Part shown: positions 60,712 through 64,000 of the stretch, piece by piece | How the letters are laid out: every line of letters begins with the position of its first letter | Numbering within the stretch: position 1 is the first letter of the stretch | Assembly: GCA_965637545.1 (NCBI GenBank) | Contig: OZ281501.1 | Span: 6,200,001-6,264,000 of the forward strand | DNA length: 64,000 nucleotides | From: Phallusia mammillata | Taxonomy: Eukaryota | Direction: 5' to 3' | The notes under the pieces: generated by a model | What the model saw: only the letters and a program-made list of their open reading frames with translations | Told to the model about the DNA's origin: nothing | Databases searched by the model: none | Program-made: the position numbers and the translations under genes

Positions 60712-63700
60712 TCAACTGCGAAAAAGTCTGAATTTTCGTGGTAGTTTTCCGTCGGTGCTTGCCAGCGCGCTTTGCACGTCATCCAGGCTTGGCATATTAC
60801 GTAAATCGCCAAGACCCGCCAATGCAGCTTTGCCCGAAAGCAGGTTTCCCGCGATGCGTATGATGTCTTCGTTGCTAACACGCTCTGTAAAAATGACATG
60901 GAAAATTCACAAATTATTCACTTTTAAGAATATTGCATTTTTAAAGAGAAATACATTAACGTCTGTGGCACAACCGGATTTTGGAGACATAAACGTCCTT
61001 CAGTCCCTAGCACTAATGACAGTGATTGTCAGGAAATCTAGTTTGACGTTTTAACAATCACTGTTGCTCTGGCTGTTTTTGTATTATGATTGGCAGGGAT
61101 GGACCAAAACTGCAAATGTTCTGTTTGATCGAGTACCGAGGTGCAATGTGACGTCACAAACTATCCAAATTCTACGCTAGTTTTGTAGCTTTCCAAGGTC
61201 CCTTACGTCACCAGGCAAGCTGTTCAGGCCCCAGAATTACGGGTTTTTCACCATCTAACGCATTTACAAAACAGTTATTTTTGTTTTTTGATATTCTTTC
61301 GAACACTAGTTTCGTATGTTAGCAGGGTATGAACATGCAAATTTAATGCTGGGGTCAACTGCCCTATCCAGCATCAAAAACAGCAGTGCTCGGTACCGAA
61401 TACTCAGGCACTGGTTCGGCTCAGCCCATCCCTAAGATTGGGTTACTTTTCAAATTCTTGTGTAGTGTTTTACAGAACAGGAACACACTGGTAAGGTTGA
61501 CTAACCGATCATATCACACAGTTCCAGAGGTGACTTGCGCACTCCAGTGGCAAGAATCTGTCTTCCTACATCTTCGAATATTATTGGTCGTGCTTCAAGA
61601 TTCATCATAAGCATAGACTGAAGTTGCTTTTTTGCACGCTTAAGCTCAACCTGCAAAAATGTTTTGTTTATGTCTGGACTGTGCAAAATGTAAATTAGTA
61701 GAAACAATTAATAATCAAGCCAATAAATGATAAGCTGCAGACAGTGCACACTGTTTCGACCTACAAGGTCTCATAACTGCAGCTGGTGATGACAGATCAG
61801 CTGTATCAGCTAATGTGGCCCATTACCGCACTCCAGTATGTTGGAAGCAGCAAGCTGAAAAGCCATGCCTCGCCAACCTGTCCGATCCCACAACTAGGCT
61901 TTAACAGCATAAGAACTGGCCTGGTTTACAGTACACAACGAATGCTTTAACCTTGAAATTGTGACATTAAATCTCATAATTGTTCTATTATTAATGTATT
62001 TCTGGGTGAAATGGATGGCGTAATGGATGACTTAATAATATTAACTATTTACTGTCAGTTTATGAATGACCTCTAGTTACCTCATTTGTGCCTTGAGTTA
62101 ATCTCACAAATTCCTGTGTTATTACATGAACACAATCTCGAAGTTGTGAGGGATGAGAACTGCCCTGGATACAGAAAAATCCCCCATCTTCGTAACTATG
62201 GTGATACGCAGTAGCAGCATACATCCAGTGGTGCCTAAATACAAATTTGTACACTTCATTTCATGTTTCCAAAAGTCACTATAGTTTATACCAGAAAAAT
62301 GTGTATTTTGGTTGTACCTGTTTAAAACATTAAGATAGAGTCTTGAAAACATTCCCTTTCCAGGTCCACCAGCTGAAAAAGATCCTCCCCCACCCATCAG
62401 CATATTAAGTACAGCATAGGGCACAAAATCTGCATGCTGAAATGACACATACAACATAGTCATAAATTTACATTTTATGCAATGTTAGCAGCAAAATAGG
62501 AAAAGAAATAAAACATTTTTAATCAAAACTTAAAAAAGAAATTGTGAATATGATTTTTCTAGTTTAACATCTTTACCGTAAAATTGACTCCTTCCAAACC
62601 CACGGAAACATGTGCAAGTTCTGGCATAGGTACGACGCTTAAGGACAGATCGAAACTCTTCTCGACCCGTACCTCCCCACCTGTATACTGAGCCACAGAA
62701 TTATCCTGAAGCACAGGACCATCCAGTGACCAGGAAGGGGACTTTGCAGAAGCTGCACACAATAGTAAAAAAGTCTTGTAGCTTATTGATCATTGAAAGT
62801 TGAACCAAAAATTTAATACAGTAAACCTTGGTTAATCTGGACCTGTTTGGAACAAAGTATTTGTCCAGATTAGGCAAAGATCTAGATTAACTGATGTCAG
62901 TTAGTTAAAGCCTTATCAGTTATCACAGTACCTTAAGTTTTGTCTAAATTAGGCGATGATCTGGATTACTGTATGTTACCAATGTAAAAAAAAAACTGTA
63001 AAAATAATTTCACCAATACAATTTTTGATGAAACCAAAACCTAACCTGGAACAAAAATATCTTTAAAGCTGTATACTACCCTTCCTAAATGCAACAATCT
63101 CAGCTTACTTTCAAACTTATTAGTCTTACCTGAAATATATTTTTCACACATTTTACTCAATTCATCATGATCAACTCCGACCCCAGCCACGACCATTCTT
63201 TGTGGTTGGTAGTAGCTACGCAAAAATGTTTTTAGCACATCGACATTGATGTCTGCGAGTGTTTCTTCTGGGGGGAATCGAGGCAATCCCACAGTGTTCC
63301 CACGGAATGCAGCCTATAAAACATCAAGTTTTTAACTAGCATTTATCCCACATCCATTTTAGACAAAGTGTATCTGTTTTTGTGCAAGAAACCAATTAAT
63401 GATAAAAACATATTCCAAAGTTTTTCTTTACAATTCGTTTTTATTCAGTTTTTTTCACATTTCATATTTTTTTTACAATCATAATTTTTTTCACAAGCAT
63501 TTTTTATTTTTAAGTTTTTTCACAATATTAGTTTTTTTCACATTTTGTTACAATCAGACTTTGTTAATTTAATGAGCTGATGTTGCCTACCTCATGAATT
63601 AACTCTGTCATCATGGGATCAGGATCAGGTTTCTTATTTAACATTTCTAGTTCATATAAAATACTGTTGTGTGCGAGTTGAATTTCTGTATCAGGTAACG

Positions 63701-63786
63701 TTGGCTGAAACACTACATCAGCAAATAACTCAATAAGTTTTTCAAGTTTGTTTCGGTCAATACTGGCTGCATAGATTGTTGTGTCT
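60712..63786 (-). CDS. PMPCA: Mitochondrial-processing peptidase subunit alpha, 3' portion (5' exons lie beyond the window)
   Basis: Exons 63786-63591, 63313-63130, 62752-62577, 62436-62318, 62234-62081, 61650-61506, 60884-60712 (TGA). Diagnostic glycine-rich loop [22 protein letters not shown]; [29 protein letters not shown]; C-terminus [13 protein letters not shown]. Confidence 0.95.
61733..61784 (-). ncRNA. Degenerate type I hammerhead-ribozyme-like motif (core mutated)
   Basis: Minus strand AGCTGCA-GTTATGA-GACCTtgtAGGTC-GAAA-CAGTGtgCACTG-TC-TGCAGCT. Three perfect stems and a UC cleavage triplet, but the core reads GUUAUGA instead of CUGANGA. Confidence 0.6.
62819..62971. mobile_element. 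Tc1/pogo-like MITE remnant
   Basis: TA|CAGTAA...TTACTG|TA with repeated internal AATCTGGA/TCCAGATT motifs; the TIR match is only 6 bp. Confidence 0.45.
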
Positions 63787-64000
63787 CTGGAAATAGAAAA
63801 AGTCACAAATTAGGTATGCTATTGTGGTTCTAACCCCATTTAAACATATTACATGCCACAAAACAAATTCGATTTATAATTTAGGCTTGATATATTTAAA
63901 AAAATCTTTCTTGTTTTAAAACAGCACCCATTGAACAAAATGCTTAGAATAGCAAAAAACAGGGTCAAAGATTTACTAAAATACTTCACAAAGATAATCG

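Noticed and set aside
61733-61940. H/ACA or C/D snoRNA in the PMPCA intron
   Set aside because: No valid ANANNA H box or sense-strand C/D pair; the hammerhead-like fold explains the 3' structure better.
63420-63550. T-rich TTTTTTCACA repeats
   Set aside because: Low-complexity intronic sequence with no further structure.

Overview
AT-rich, intron-dense animal genomic DNA; the compact introns and hAT MITEs suggest an ascidian/tunicate, which is inference only. Most short ORFs in the supplied track are exon fragments or noise. By-hand splice reconstruction gives six genes. (1) BMPER/Crossveinless-2 copy A on the minus strand (10370 to <1). (2) BMPER copy B on the plus strand (23340-35266), head-to-head with A and with the same 18-exon phase structure. 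(3) A CRALBP/RLBP1-like CRAL-TRIO gene (minus, 39299-36558). (4) A ~30-exon TPR + catalytically degenerate CHAT (TTC28-like) gene (plus, 40232-59780). (5) An intronless 1780-aa ricin-like/FN2/TSP1/kringle mosaic gene (minus, 54149-48807) nested antisense in one 6.1-kb intron of gene 4. (6) The 3' part of PMPCA (minus, >63786-60712). There are many MITEs, including a 9-bp-TSD element with internal (TTAGGG)n inserted at the CRALBP-like stop codon, and two related decayed hammerhead-ribozyme-like motifs. Most notable: the nested mosaic gene, the inverted BMPER duplication with a probable 62-nt gene-conversion tract, and the hammerhead-like motifs. All exon coordinates were read by eye and need RNA-seq confirmation.
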